Source: a virus
Lineage: Duplodnaviria > Heunggongvirae > Uroviricota > Caudoviricetes
Length of the DNA stretch: 36,749 nucleotides
Virus record (IMG/VR): IMGVR_UViG_2579779084_000014
Direction: 5' to 3' (one strand)
Positions 18,745 through 27,903 of this stretch are shown here, in pieces (position 1 is the first letter of the stretch; every line of letters starts with the position of its first letter). The translations under genes were made by a program, and so were the position numbers. The notes beneath the pieces were generated by a model that searched no databases, was not told where the DNA came from, and worked only from the letters and a program-made list of their open reading frames with translations.

Positions 18745-19869
18745 TTACTTTTCTCCTGCGTAACGGGCGATATCTTCTGGATCAACGCCCATCATTGAAC
18801 AAATGGCGATATCGATATCGACGTCATCGCCGGTTTTAATCTGCGCCGGGGCCGGTGACGGCGTTTGGGGTGGTTTGCCGCCCGTCTGGGTCTGACTGAG
18901 CGCAACAAGTTTCGGTGCGTTATCCAGCCAGGACTTAAAGCCGTTGATATCGCGGCTGGCGTAATCTTTCGCCCAGTCTTCCTGTGCCGGAAGCAGTCGC
19001 CCGTCAGACAGCGCCGCCTGAATCAGTGCCCCGGCTTCGGCCTCACCGGACTGTTGCGCCAGTGCGGCATAACGCCCCTGAAGTTCTTCGAAGGCAGCAA
19101 GGGAAATGTGTTTTGACGGGTCATAGGCACTGGCTGACAGGCTGGCGATTTGCTCATCTTTCTGATTCAGCAGGGCCAGCAGGCTGACGGATGCCGCCGC
19201 CGTTCCCTGACCGTTCGAAATCATGTCAACGACCTTTTGCAGCTCGTTTTTGATATCTTCCGCCGTTGAGGTAACCGGGAGGTTAAGCATCCAGCGCAGA
19301 CTGGACAGCAAATCGTTTAACAGTTCTTCATCCACTGTTGTGGTCTCCGTTTCAGTTGACAGACTCGCCAGACGGCTGGCCGCAGCCAGCATGACCGCGT
19401 CCATACCGTCCAGCGCCGGGGTATTGGTCAGTGCGGCGTGTAACAGTTCGATGACTTCGCCGCGCCGGTTGTATCCAAATACCGGGGAAATAAATTTGTA
19501 CTCTCCGGCGGCAATCATGGCCGCCGCGTTCTCCGTCCACTCCACACCGATGGCATACAGGCCCGAACCTTCACGCCATTCCACCTGGCTGAACCAGCCC
19601 GCCGCCGGGGCAGGCTTGCCGTTGTTTACGGCGCGCAGCGTCTGATGTTCGTAATCAATGACAAAAGGCGTGGTACGGGCTGCCACCTGTGCGACAAGCT
19701 GCGCGGCCAGTCCGGCAGTCAGCACCCATTTACCGCTTTCGACTTCATCGGTATACGGGCGACCATCCACCGCGCTGAACTCGCCTGCCGGAAACAGCTG
19801 GATTTCGCTGTGGGTTGCTTTAGTAATTTCGAGGCTTAACGCCGCAATGTTCATCTTCATGCGCGGCAT
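18745..19869 (-). CDS. head maturation protease / scaffold (Mu I-like)
   Basis: Mu I-like sequence; start moved to the first ATG downstream of the dyad motif (MPRMKMNIAAL); exact start uncertain. Confidence 0.75.
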   Translation of the reverse strand: MPRMKMNIAALSLEITKATHSEIQLFPAGEFSAVDGRPYTDEVESGKWVLTAGLAAQLVAQVAARTTPFVIDYEHQTLRAVNNGKPAPAAGWFSQVEWREGSGLYAIGVEWTENAAAMIAAGEYKFISPVFGYNRRGEVIELLHAALTNTPALDGMDAVMLAAASRLASLSTETETTTVDEELLNDLLSSLRWMLNLPVTSTAEDIKNELQKVVDMISNGQGTAAASVSLLALLNQKDEQIASLSASAYDPSKHISLAAFEELQGRYAALAQQSGEAEAGALIQAALSDGRLLPAQEDWAKDYASRDINGFKSWLDNAPKLVALSQTQTGGKPPQTPSPAPAQIKTGDDVDIDIAICSMMGVDPEDIARYAGEK

Positions 19870-19901
19870 GATGACGGAAGGGGAACACGGGGTACTGTGG
19901 A

Positions 19902-19916
19902 GGGTGTTCAGCACCC
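19902..19916. promoter_or_regulatory. dyad motif GGGTGCTGAACACCC (gene-strand sense), copy 2 of 3; candidate late promoter for the head operon
   Basis: Intergenic between the G-like and I-like genes; the track's 'start' of the I ORF is the GTG inside this motif. Confidence 0.4.
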
Positions 19917-19952
19917 TGCCATAACGGGAAAGGATAAAAGGGGAAATAAAAC

Positions 19953-19977
19953 CGTTTTTAAAACCCTTTTAAAAACG
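19953..19977. repeat. AT-rich palindrome CGTTTTTAAAA-CCC-TTTTAAAAACG in the G-I intergenic region
   Basis: 11-bp perfect inverted arms with a 3-bp spacer, read directly from the sequence. Confidence 0.5.
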
Positions 19978-20069
19978 ATTCTGGCGGCATTTATGGGGTG
20001 CGGTGCTGCAATGCCTCATCCGTGAGGCGTTTATGTCGTCAGAAGCGATTACAGCGCGCTTCTGGTCAT

Positions 20070-20621
20070 TCAGTCAATCACACGCGCAAAATAGCGGTTT
20101 GCGGTGTTCTCCAGCTCGTCGATGTCGTCCTGTACAAGCTGAAGGAAGGGGCGCGCGGGCATGTTGACCGTATACGCTCCGACCGTTGCGCTCTGTACAA
20201 AATTACTGTTGCGCTTCTTCACAAAGCGGGTGCTGACGCTGCCGTTCCTGTACTGCTTAAAATACAGGTTCTGCGTCCGTGCCTGATGGCGTATTTCGCC
20301 GCCTTCGTTGTGGATACGGGCATAACGGACGTTTGTCCCGACCGTGGCCTCGTTATTGTTAACCGCAGAGCGGATACTGGCAGCCAGTCGCCCGGACTTC
20401 TGAAGGATTTGCCCGGGGCCGCGCCGTTTCGCATAGGCCGGACTCCAGCCCATCCATTTCGGGCGACCCTGTTGTTCAAAGTTAGTTTCAACCGCATCCA
20501 GCATGGAGCCTGCAAGTGCCGTCATCAGGTCGCGCCGGTCCTTCACGGAACGAATCAGTTTCCCCAGCGTGGTGTTATACGCGCTTAAATCAATCTTAAT
20601 ATCCAGTTTACCGGTGCTCAT
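20070..20621 (-). CDS. virion morphogenesis protein (Mu G-like)
   Basis: 183 aa; Mu G-like late protein; 4-nt overlap with the F-like gene. Confidence 0.7.
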   Translation of the reverse strand: MSTGKLDIKIDLSAYNTTLGKLIRSVKDRRDLMTALAGSMLDAVETNFEQQGRPKWMGWSPAYAKRRGPGQILQKSGRLAASIRSAVNNNEATVGTNVRYARIHNEGGEIRHQARTQNLYFKQYRNGSVSTRFVKKRNSNFVQSATVGAYTVNMPARPFLQLVQDDIDELENTANRYFARVID

Positions 20622-21784
20622 GATGCCTCCGGGGTGTCCTGCATCACCCAGTCTGTCAGCGTGCCATCCTCAACCGTCACCACCGACCAGCGGTCGCCTG
20701 ACTGTAACGCATACCGCCACGCGTTACCGTCCTGCGTGACATGCTCCGCCCGTTCGATGGTCTGCTGCATCAGCGCATAGTCGGCGGCGGTCGGGGGCGT
20801 GTCTGCTGCGCTGAGGCGCTGCATGACGTCAGCCGTAAGGTTTACCGTCTGCCGTGCAGCGCCCGTGGCGGCGACCTGTTCCGGTGAACGGATGGCCAGC
20901 GGATATCGCTGGCGCGCATCCAGTTCGCTGACGTTCGCCAGTCCCCGGGCAAAATCCGGCCCGGTCAGCGTGCCGGTGACATACTGGCGGGCGCTGCGGT
21001 AATCATATTTTTCCAGTTCCGGCTGCCATGCCACCCGACCGGGATTAAATCCAAAGCCCGGGTCGGCGGTATACACGGATCCGTCCGGCATTTTCAGCCC
21101 CATCGTTCTGATGGTCTGGCCCGGCTGGCCATATTCCTGCTCAACCTCAACCAGCCGCCCCTCGCTGCTCTGCACCGTCAGGCCATATTTCTCCACATCC
21201 GACGCCGAACGCGCCCGGATACGGCAGCGGCATCCGTACCCGTCCGGCGCGTAGAGATACTCCCAGACCGGATCATCCGCCCGGGCGGTAAAACCGTTCA
21301 GGGCGGCGTGTTTCGGGCGGGTGTGAAGGTCCATCACCGCCACGCGCTCAAAATAAGGCCGGTCAGCCACGTTCGCCATCTGCTGCTGATAACGTCCGGC
21401 GTTGTAGGACGACTGAATGTTGGTATCAAATATCGTGCGCAACCGGCGCGGCGTCAGCTGTCTGCCGTGCAGTTCGCCGGTGTCCTCGTCCACAATCAGC
21501 TTTTTACCCAGCCAGCCTTTTGATTCCAGCAGTGGTTCCAGTTGTGCTGCAAACTCCCGGAACGTCCCGCCATCAGCCAGTGCCGTCGTCAGGCCATCAC
21601 GGATATCCTTCAGAACATCCAGTTTCAGCACGCCTGCCACCGTGAACGCCCGGGCACTGGCGATGTCCCTCACATCGTGCCAGCGGAAGCCGATAACGTA
21701 TCCCTTGCTTTCGAAATACCTAATCGCTTCTTCCGGTTTCAGGGTGTACGCATAACCCAGGTCAACATCGTCAGCTGTCGGCAT
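20618..21784 (-). CDS. head morphogenesis protein (Mu F / gp30-like)
   Basis: 388 aa following the portal; Mu F-like. Confidence 0.75.
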   Translation of the reverse strand: MPTADDVDLGYAYTLKPEEAIRYFESKGYVIGFRWHDVRDIASARAFTVAGVLKLDVLKDIRDGLTTALADGGTFREFAAQLEPLLESKGWLGKKLIVDEDTGELHGRQLTPRRLRTIFDTNIQSSYNAGRYQQQMANVADRPYFERVAVMDLHTRPKHAALNGFTARADDPVWEYLYAPDGYGCRCRIRARSASDVEKYGLTVQSSEGRLVEVEQEYGQPGQTIRTMGLKMPDGSVYTADPGFGFNPGRVAWQPELEKYDYRSARQYVTGTLTGPDFARGLANVSELDARQRYPLAIRSPEQVAATGAARQTVNLTADVMQRLSAADTPPTAADYALMQQTIERAEHVTQDGNAWRYALQSGDRWSVVTVEDGTLTDWVMQDTPEAS

Positions 21785-23372
21785 TCAGTCTCCCCCAGAT
21801 ATCCGCCACAAAGAACGCCTGTGTCAGCAACTGCCGCAGCGTGTCATCCGGCAGTTCCGGCCAGGCTTCCGCCAGTACGTTCATGGCCTCATCTGCATCA
21901 CGACCTTCCTGTATGGCCTGCACCAGAGGTGCCACCAGTTCGTTCATCCCCTGCGCAATGGCCTCTGCCGGAAGTTCTGCCCGGTCAATGGCGCGCTGTG
22001 CCGGGTCGTCCTCCCCGTTGTCCTGCTGACTGAGCACGGCAATATTCAGCCGTTCACGCAGCTGGCTGAGACCAGTCTGCACAGGGAGACGCTGAGCTAC
22101 CGGCACCAGTACCTCTTCGCCGTCTTTCGGGGTGGGAATACCGGTTTTTTGGCGTACCCACGACACCGGGATATCCTTCATCCCCACATTGTTAACCAGC
22201 ACGCTGACGGCTTCTGCCACACTCTTAATGTCGGCTTCCTGCTGCACATCAAACACCAGACGTGGCAGGCGACGCGGTGGGATATCCTGCCAGCCGTTGA
22301 GACTGGCCATCATCTGTATCAGACTACTGAACATGCCGGACAGCTGGCGAGCATCGGCGGTCAGAATGTCGTGCCGGACCTCGTTATGCACATTACCCAG
22401 CGCGTTGGTGGAGGATTTGCCGTCGGCCTGACTGGTCAGTGTACTGCCCAGGATCACTTTTGAGGTGGTACGCTCCGCCCATTCCACCATCGACATGAAC
22501 GCCTCCGGCCCGCCGGAGGCGGCCTCCTTGAATTCAATCTCGTTACCCTGAGGGAGTGCTGCCACCGCTTCATGGCCCAGATTGACCAGGGCTTCGAGAA
22601 TGTTGTCCCGGTCAGCATCACTGGTGCCCTGTGCATAGTAGGCAATGCGCGCCGGAAGACCGTAAATCTCCAGAAATTCCGCCATATCACGCAGCGCAAA
22701 GTTTTTAAACAGATACGGCCAGACCAGTACGCGGAACAGGCCGGATGAACCCAGGAACCCCGACCGGGCGTTGTAACGATGAACCAGCCAGCCGAACGGC
22801 CACAGCGCGGAACCGTCTTTACCATCTTCCCCACAGTTGCCGTCATCCAGCCGGAGTTCGTCATTGTGTTCCGGCAGGGTAATAAACCAGTTATGCGGTC
22901 GCAGCGTTACCGCATCCGGTAGCCACGTTTTGTCCACGAACGCCCAGCTGATTTCCTGACAGCTGAAACCGTAACCGACACTGCTCATCCCGTTGAGGAT
23001 GATGTCCTCCATATCCGGGATACCGTGCAGCCACTCATCCACGGCGGCGGCCAGCTCCTTTTCAGCCTTCGAGGCATTGCGGGGTGGCTCCACCGACCAG
23101 TCCAGCGTCAGCAACGCTTTTTTGCGCTTTTCCATCTCGGCGAACAGATGGCCGTCACGTTCTTCCATATCCGCAAACAGCATCGCCTGCGCCGGAAGAT
23201 AACCGCGTTCGGCTGCTTCCAGAATGCGCGGCAGTTTTCTGATGTTCAGACCACGCGACGGGTGGTCGGGATAAATGCGCAGCCGTTCCGCCACCCGGAC
23301 CGACTGCGTGGTTTTGAGTGCCTCACGTTTCAGCGGGCGTCCGTAAATATCAACAAGCTGTGCCATTACCAT
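21771..23372 (-). CDS. portal protein (Mu gp29-like)
   Basis: 533 aa, position after terminase, Mu gp29-like sequence character. Confidence 0.8.
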   Translation of the reverse strand: MVMAQLVDIYGRPLKREALKTTQSVRVAERLRIYPDHPSRGLNIRKLPRILEAAERGYLPAQAMLFADMEERDGHLFAEMEKRKKALLTLDWSVEPPRNASKAEKELAAAVDEWLHGIPDMEDIILNGMSSVGYGFSCQEISWAFVDKTWLPDAVTLRPHNWFITLPEHNDELRLDDGNCGEDGKDGSALWPFGWLVHRYNARSGFLGSSGLFRVLVWPYLFKNFALRDMAEFLEIYGLPARIAYYAQGTSDADRDNILEALVNLGHEAVAALPQGNEIEFKEAASGGPEAFMSMVEWAERTTSKVILGSTLTSQADGKSSTNALGNVHNEVRHDILTADARQLSGMFSSLIQMMASLNGWQDIPPRRLPRLVFDVQQEADIKSVAEAVSVLVNNVGMKDIPVSWVRQKTGIPTPKDGEEVLVPVAQRLPVQTGLSQLRERLNIAVLSQQDNGEDDPAQRAIDRAELPAEAIAQGMNELVAPLVQAIQEGRDADEAMNVLAEAWPELPDDTLRQLLTQAFFVADIWGRLNADS

Positions 23373-25006
23373 CCTCCTGAACCAAAACGCCCGCCACGGT
23401 CACGCCCGGTGCTGCGTGGGGTGTGTATCTGAAATTTTGCGCTGCGCGATACCGCCAGCGTCCACAGCATGTGCAGACAGTCCGGGCCATCATCGTGGTC
23501 GGCTTTGGGGTAGTGGCGCAGCTGGTCAATCAGCGTCTGATGTGTGTGGCTGATACGAATCAGGCCGTTGGCCATATGCGGCTGAAGGGATTCGATACGC
23601 AGCGCTTTATCCTCCAGCGGGATGACCGGCAGCGCCGGAACCGGCACACCCAGCGCCGCCGAACGCTCAACCAGCACGGTACGCAGAAACTCCTGAAACT
23701 GAACGGACTCAAACGACCAGCACAGGCAGTGATATTCCCGCTGATACTTAATCACGTCTTCGATAAGTTTATCTGGCAGACGCCGGCGGATATCGGCTTC
23801 AACCACATCCAGTATGCCGGTAAAACGGTTAAAGCCCCCCACGAGAATGGCCGACGGGTCGCGGTTTTTATTCTTCTTCCCGAGACTGGGGTCAACAGCG
23901 CCGTAGAACACCCATTCATCAAGACGGTTAACCCAGAACTTAATGCAGCCCGCAAACAGCGCATCTTCACCGCTGACCGGGTCGTTCTGGTATTCAGAAT
24001 CAAAGGTGTCGTGACCGTCACGGACACGGATTTTCATCAGCGCCAGCAGGGGACGCGCCGCCCATGACACCACCGACCCGGCGAGCATGTCGGCTTCGTT
24101 CTGCCGGTAAAGTGCCTCCGCTGCTTCCGGCTGTTTGTTGCGGATGAGTTCTTCCCACTCGTCCCACAGCTTCATGTTGGCAGGCCACTGAATAACGGCC
24201 TTAAAGCGGGCCGTTTTCCACATCGGATTATTCAGCGTGCGCGACAGTACGGAGTCGTAATGCAGGATGGTTCCGATATAAATAATATCGGTTTTACCGC
24301 CAGCCTCGCCCAGCGGCATCACGGTTTTGGTGAGCCAGTCATGCAGCTTGTCGCGCTGCTCCGGGTTACGCACCATCTCGTCGTTCTCGATATCGTCGAG
24401 GATAACCAGGTCAGGACGGTACGGGCCGTGGCGCAGACCACGCAGTTTTTTACCACTACCGGCAACGGTCACCTTGATATTGTTGGCCGTGACGATGGTC
24501 CCCATACGCCAGACGCGACCCTGCCCGCACACTTCCGGGAAATCGTTTTTTAAACGGGGGTTAAACTCCAGTTCAGCCTTGATGGCTTCCAGCATCGGAT
24601 AAGCCTGGTCGATACTGTCCATAATGATGACCGGGTAATGCTTAATGGCCCGGATAATGGTCCACAGGGTAAACAGCTGAGTCACCAGCGTGGATTTTGC
24701 TTCACCACGGGGCGCGGCGATGGCGTCGTTCTCCGGGTCCGGGCTTGCCACAACCTGTGGCAGACGGCTGAACAGGTATTTATGCAGCTCACTTTTTGCC
24801 GGGTTGCGGACGTAGTGCGGGAAATAATTTTCGACAAAATAATCGTAGCCCGTCACCGGGTCGCAGACTGCCGCCCGGCGGGCCTGTGTGGCCTGCGGGT
24901 TAACATCGAACCCCAGACATTCAGCCTCGATGGTCTGGCGGAGGTTGGCGATGTACTCCTGCAGGCTTCTCTGAAACTCTTTAATGGAAAGTTTACGTTT
25001 TGCCAC
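23366..25006 (-). CDS. terminase large subunit (Mu gp28-like)
   Basis: ATPase plus nuclease-sized protein directly upstream of the portal; start placed at a GTG with AGGTG SD just after the MTase stop (the track TTG start at 25063 would overlap the MTase by 56 nt); start uncertain. Confidence 0.75.
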   Translation of the reverse strand: MAKRKLSIKEFQRSLQEYIANLRQTIEAECLGFDVNPQATQARRAAVCDPVTGYDYFVENYFPHYVRNPAKSELHKYLFSRLPQVVASPDPENDAIAAPRGEAKSTLVTQLFTLWTIIRAIKHYPVIIMDSIDQAYPMLEAIKAELEFNPRLKNDFPEVCGQGRVWRMGTIVTANNIKVTVAGSGKKLRGLRHGPYRPDLVILDDIENDEMVRNPEQRDKLHDWLTKTVMPLGEAGGKTDIIYIGTILHYDSVLSRTLNNPMWKTARFKAVIQWPANMKLWDEWEELIRNKQPEAAEALYRQNEADMLAGSVVSWAARPLLALMKIRVRDGHDTFDSEYQNDPVSGEDALFAGCIKFWVNRLDEWVFYGAVDPSLGKKNKNRDPSAILVGGFNRFTGILDVVEADIRRRLPDKLIEDVIKYQREYHCLCWSFESVQFQEFLRTVLVERSAALGVPVPALPVIPLEDKALRIESLQPHMANGLIRISHTHQTLIDQLRHYPKADHDDGPDCLHMLWTLAVSRSAKFQIHTPRSTGRDRGGRFGSGGW

Positions 25007-25007
25007 G

Positions 25008-25748
25008 TCACACCTGCACTGCTTCTGTCTGGGCTTTTTCGATACGTGCGCAGGCGATATCAAAATACTGGTTAGTCATTTCAATGCCGGTAAACCGTCC
25101 GCCACGGGCAAGTACAGGGATGGCGGTAGTGCCGCTTCCCATAAACGGATCAAGGACGTGCGCATCCGGTGTCAGCGGTTTAACCAGCTCAGCCATCAGC
25201 TGAACCGGCTTTGCGGTCATGTGCAGTTTTTCGGACGGGACGACACGCTGCGTAATCACACCCGGGAACGGGCCACCGTGCGGGCATTTGTCGAGTTTTC
25301 CGTTGCTGCCCCAGACCACATACTCGGCCTGATGCCGAAAATAGCCAGTGTGTGGCGCACGGGAAGCCTGCGTTTTATCCCAGACAACCAGACCACGCCA
25401 CAGCACACCACCGGCCTGAAATGCATCTGTAAGCGCCGGTAGTTGTCGCCAGTCACTGAACACCATGAAATAACCGCCGGAATTCAGCCTGTGCAATGCA
25501 TGAGATATCCACATGGAACACCAGAACGCCCAGCTGCGCTGGTCGCGGTTATCGCCGGTGAACTCGGCATACTGGGTGTGACCGATATACTTGTCCGAAG
25601 GGGCCATGCTGCGGTCTGATTTGTGTGTACCACCACTGCTGTAAGGCGGGTCGGTAATGACGGCATCAAAACGTTCGGATAACGCCGGCAGCACATCAAG
25701 AACATCACCGCAATACAACGTTGCGTTACCAATAATCTGTTTTTGCAT
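25008..25748 (-). CDS. DNA methyltransferase, beta-class amino-MTase (N6-adenine or N4-cytosine)
   Basis: 246 aa; catalytic motif IV DPPY near the N-terminus (ITDPPYSSGG), AdoMet motif I FMGSGTT near the C-terminus. Confidence 0.8.
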   Translation of the reverse strand: MQKQIIGNATLYCGDVLDVLPALSERFDAVITDPPYSSGGTHKSDRSMAPSDKYIGHTQYAEFTGDNRDQRSWAFWCSMWISHALHRLNSGGYFMVFSDWRQLPALTDAFQAGGVLWRGLVVWDKTQASRAPHTGYFRHQAEYVVWGSNGKLDKCPHGGPFPGVITQRVVPSEKLHMTAKPVQLMAELVKPLTPDAHVLDPFMGSGTTAIPVLARGGRFTGIEMTNQYFDIACARIEKAQTEAVQV

Positions 25749-25794
25749 TACAAATCCCGAATATCAGACGACCCGGAAAACCGGGCCGCTGTGG

Positions 25795-26295
25795 TTAACT
25801 GAAATTATCCTCAAGCTCTTTAGCGAAGCCTTCGAGCACCTCAAGAAACGGGGCATACTGCGTCGGGTGACGCTCCTTGATGAACGCGCCGAGCCGCTGC
25901 ACCACTTCCAGTGCCGTGGCGAGCCGGTCGGTTTCCGGCAGGATTTTTTTACTGCTGGCCACCGCCTTACTGAGACTGTCGGACAGACTCGCCAGCAGTT
26001 CGACGGACTCCTGCGGCGGGATGTCCGGGTTCTGGTTCAGCCGTTCAAGCGTCGTCTGACACTTCACCACCAGACTGATAAGCACGGTGCGGGCGACACT
26101 TTCCAGCCCGTCACCGGCGAGCGCGTGCGCGGCCCGCAGCTTGTCCCAGTCGTCGCCGTTCTTCATCGCCTGCGTTTTCCAGCGCCGCGCGGTGTCGTGC
26201 GGCACGGCGTACTTCATGGCGACGATATCCAGCGGAAGCTGGTCAAAGATGTACCCGTTACGGACTTTGTCCCTGATATCCTGTGACCACGCCAT
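25795..26295 (-). CDS. Mu gp27-like protein (proposed small terminase / DNA-binding)
   Basis: 166 aa; position immediately upstream of the large terminase module as in Mu; family similarity by recollection. Confidence 0.55.
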   Translation of the reverse strand: MAWSQDIRDKVRNGYIFDQLPLDIVAMKYAVPHDTARRWKTQAMKNGDDWDKLRAAHALAGDGLESVARTVLISLVVKCQTTLERLNQNPDIPPQESVELLASLSDSLSKAVASSKKILPETDRLATALEVVQRLGAFIKERHPTQYAPFLEVLEGFAKELEDNFS

Positions 26296-26501
26296 TAAGT
26301 GTCCTTCTGAGCCTGTTCAATCCTGCGCTGAACTTCGTCGGGATTTTCAAGAACAAATACGTTTTTCCCGGTATCCAGTTCAATGACCGTGCCATCATGT
26401 GTACCGTACTGACGGTAAAAATGGGTGATTCGTTCAGCGAGCACCATGACAGCGCCAGCACCTCCTGAACCTGTGTATTCTGTAAATCTGATAATGCTCA
26501 C
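26295..26501 (-). CDS. hypothetical small protein (68 aa)
   Basis: Co-directional ORF; its end overlaps the start of the next gene (ATGA-type junction). Confidence 0.35.
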   Translation of the reverse strand: MSIIRFTEYTGSGGAGAVMVLAERITHFYRQYGTHDGTVIELDTGKNVFVLENPDEVQRRIEQAQKDT

Positions 26502-26521
26502 TGTGTCAGACCTTCAAAAAA

Positions 26522-26704
26522 TCAGTTCTGCGAACACTGCCGGATACCGTCAATAATCCGGCAGACCTGCGCCGCCGCGTCAAACAGCTGGCCCGCTCTG
26601 TTAATGTCTGAGCATCCCACCGGAAGCAACATCATCAGAAACAGGGCCAGAACACAGCGCGCGGCTTTACGTGGCGTTCTGTGGGGCCAGCGACTTCTGT
26701 TCAT
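26522..26704 (-). CDS. putative lipoprotein (possible o-spanin)
   Basis: 60 aa; basic N-terminus, hydrophobic LALFLMMLLPVGC with Cys after the hydrophobic core; lies just downstream of the endolysin. Confidence 0.4.
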   Translation of the reverse strand: MNRSRWPHRTPRKAARCVLALFLMMLLPVGCSDINRAGQLFDAAAQVCRIIDGIRQCSQN

Positions 26705-26717
26705 AACCCGTCCCGCA

Positions 26718-27095
26718 TCAGCGTTTTAACTGGAAATGAGGCCCGTCTTTCAGCGTTTTCCAGTCTCCGCCCCATTCGATGGCGACACCCAGCTCTGCGG
26801 CAGCCTGTTTAAAGGCACGGGCGATTTTTTCGTATAACGGCCAGTCCCATGAAATAGTGCTACCAACGTAAGCCACGACATCAACGGCATCGCCAGTAAG
26901 GTGACGGCTGTTCATGGTCTGGCTCTTGCCTTCAGCGACAAGTTGTTTCTGACGTTCTTTCGTGCGTAAACCTTCGGTAATACCAAAATCGACGTCCGAC
27001 AACGCCAGCGCACGGCGTACAACTGCCACCAGTTGTGGCTTTACGTCAGCCAGATTTTTCTCGCTACGTTGACTGAAACGGAATTTTCCCGACAT
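26718..27095 (-). CDS. endolysin, peptidase M15-type (L-alanyl-D-glutamate peptidase-like)
   Basis: 126 aa from internal ATG with GGAGGTG SD; metal-ligand motifs SRHLTGDAVD and DGPHFQL typical of M15 endolysins. Confidence 0.75.
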   Translation of the reverse strand: MSGKFRFSQRSEKNLADVKPQLVAVVRRALALSDVDFGITEGLRTKERQKQLVAEGKSQTMNSRHLTGDAVDVVAYVGSTISWDWPLYEKIARAFKQAAAELGVAIEWGGDWKTLKDGPHFQLKR

Positions 27096-27097
27096 AT

Positions 27098-27376
27098 TCA
27101 CCTCCGCAATAACGAAAGGATTTTTGACAAATTCCCGTGCGCCCACACGATAAGCGCACAGAAAACCAGATTCAGCGCCACAACCAGCCAGCTGGATTGC
27201 GTGTATGTACCGGACAGCCAGCGGAACGGGATGATGACGTAGCCGAGCATCAGCCAGTACGCCAGCCAGGTAATCATCGGTTTGTGCGCCGCACCGTGGC
27301 GGCGATACACAAACAACCCCAGAACAATGGTGAGACACAGCCAGACGTTCACGATACCGGCAAGGCTACTTTCCAT
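27098..27376 (-). CDS. small membrane protein of the lysis cassette (holin/antiholin-like)
   Basis: Start set at ATG with GGAGGGGG SD; three hydrophobic segments; stop 2 nt before the endolysin ATG. Confidence 0.5.
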   Translation of the reverse strand: MESSLAGIVNVWLCLTIVLGLFVYRRHGAAHKPMITWLAYWLMLGYVIIPFRWLSGTYTQSSWLVVALNLVFCALIVWAHGNLSKILSLLRR

Positions 27377-27758
27377 TTCCACCCCCTCCGCCGCGCAGTC
27401 TGGAAAACAGGCCGAACAGCGATGAAATTTCCTGTTGATAAAGAAAGGTCAGTATCTTGATGGATAACGCCGAGACACCGACCGCACACAATGCATCGAG
27501 CGGCTTGTCGTTGTAGTGGGTCAGCCACTGCATCAGTGACGCAGCCACGCCAGCCCCCAGAACGCCAACCACAAATGCGACGAGCAGGTGGATGGCCATT
27601 CGCCAGACCGGGATTTCTTTCTGCTGCGTGACAACAAAAAGCGCCCCGGCAAACGCGCCCACCACGACCCCGAAATCGGTATTGGTGAGAAGACCAAACA
27701 CACTGGCACCACCGATGGTGACTGCCACAGCTCCGCCGCCTGATAAGGGTTCAGACAT
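27366..27758 (-). CDS. holin-like membrane protein (lysis cassette)
   Basis: Start set at the internal ATG with AGGAGA SD; several hydrophobic segments (VAVTIGGASVFGLL, FGVVVGAFAGALFVV, IHLLVAFVVGVLGAGVAASL). Confidence 0.5.
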   Translation of the reverse strand: MSEPLSGGGAVAVTIGGASVFGLLTNTDFGVVVGAFAGALFVVTQQKEIPVWRMAIHLLVAFVVGVLGAGVAASLMQWLTHYNDKPLDALCAVGVSALSIKILTFLYQQEISSLFGLFSRLRGGGGGNGK

Positions 27759-27903
27759 GAGTTTCTCCTGTAAATCTGAGCCACTGACGGCCCGTAAATA
27801 ACACCCTGTCAAAGGCACAGAAGCCTTTTGCAGGGCGCTATCCCTTAAGGTGCCTTGTGGTCTGAGTGGACAGGGTAAACGGTCTGGTGTGGTGGGTACT
27901 GCT

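Noticed and set aside
19998-20588. 196-aa plus-strand ORF
   Set aside because: Antisense to the G-like morphogenesis gene; no independent signals.
23423-24067. 214-aa plus-strand ORF
   Set aside because: Antisense to the large terminase gene; Arg-rich low-complexity translation.
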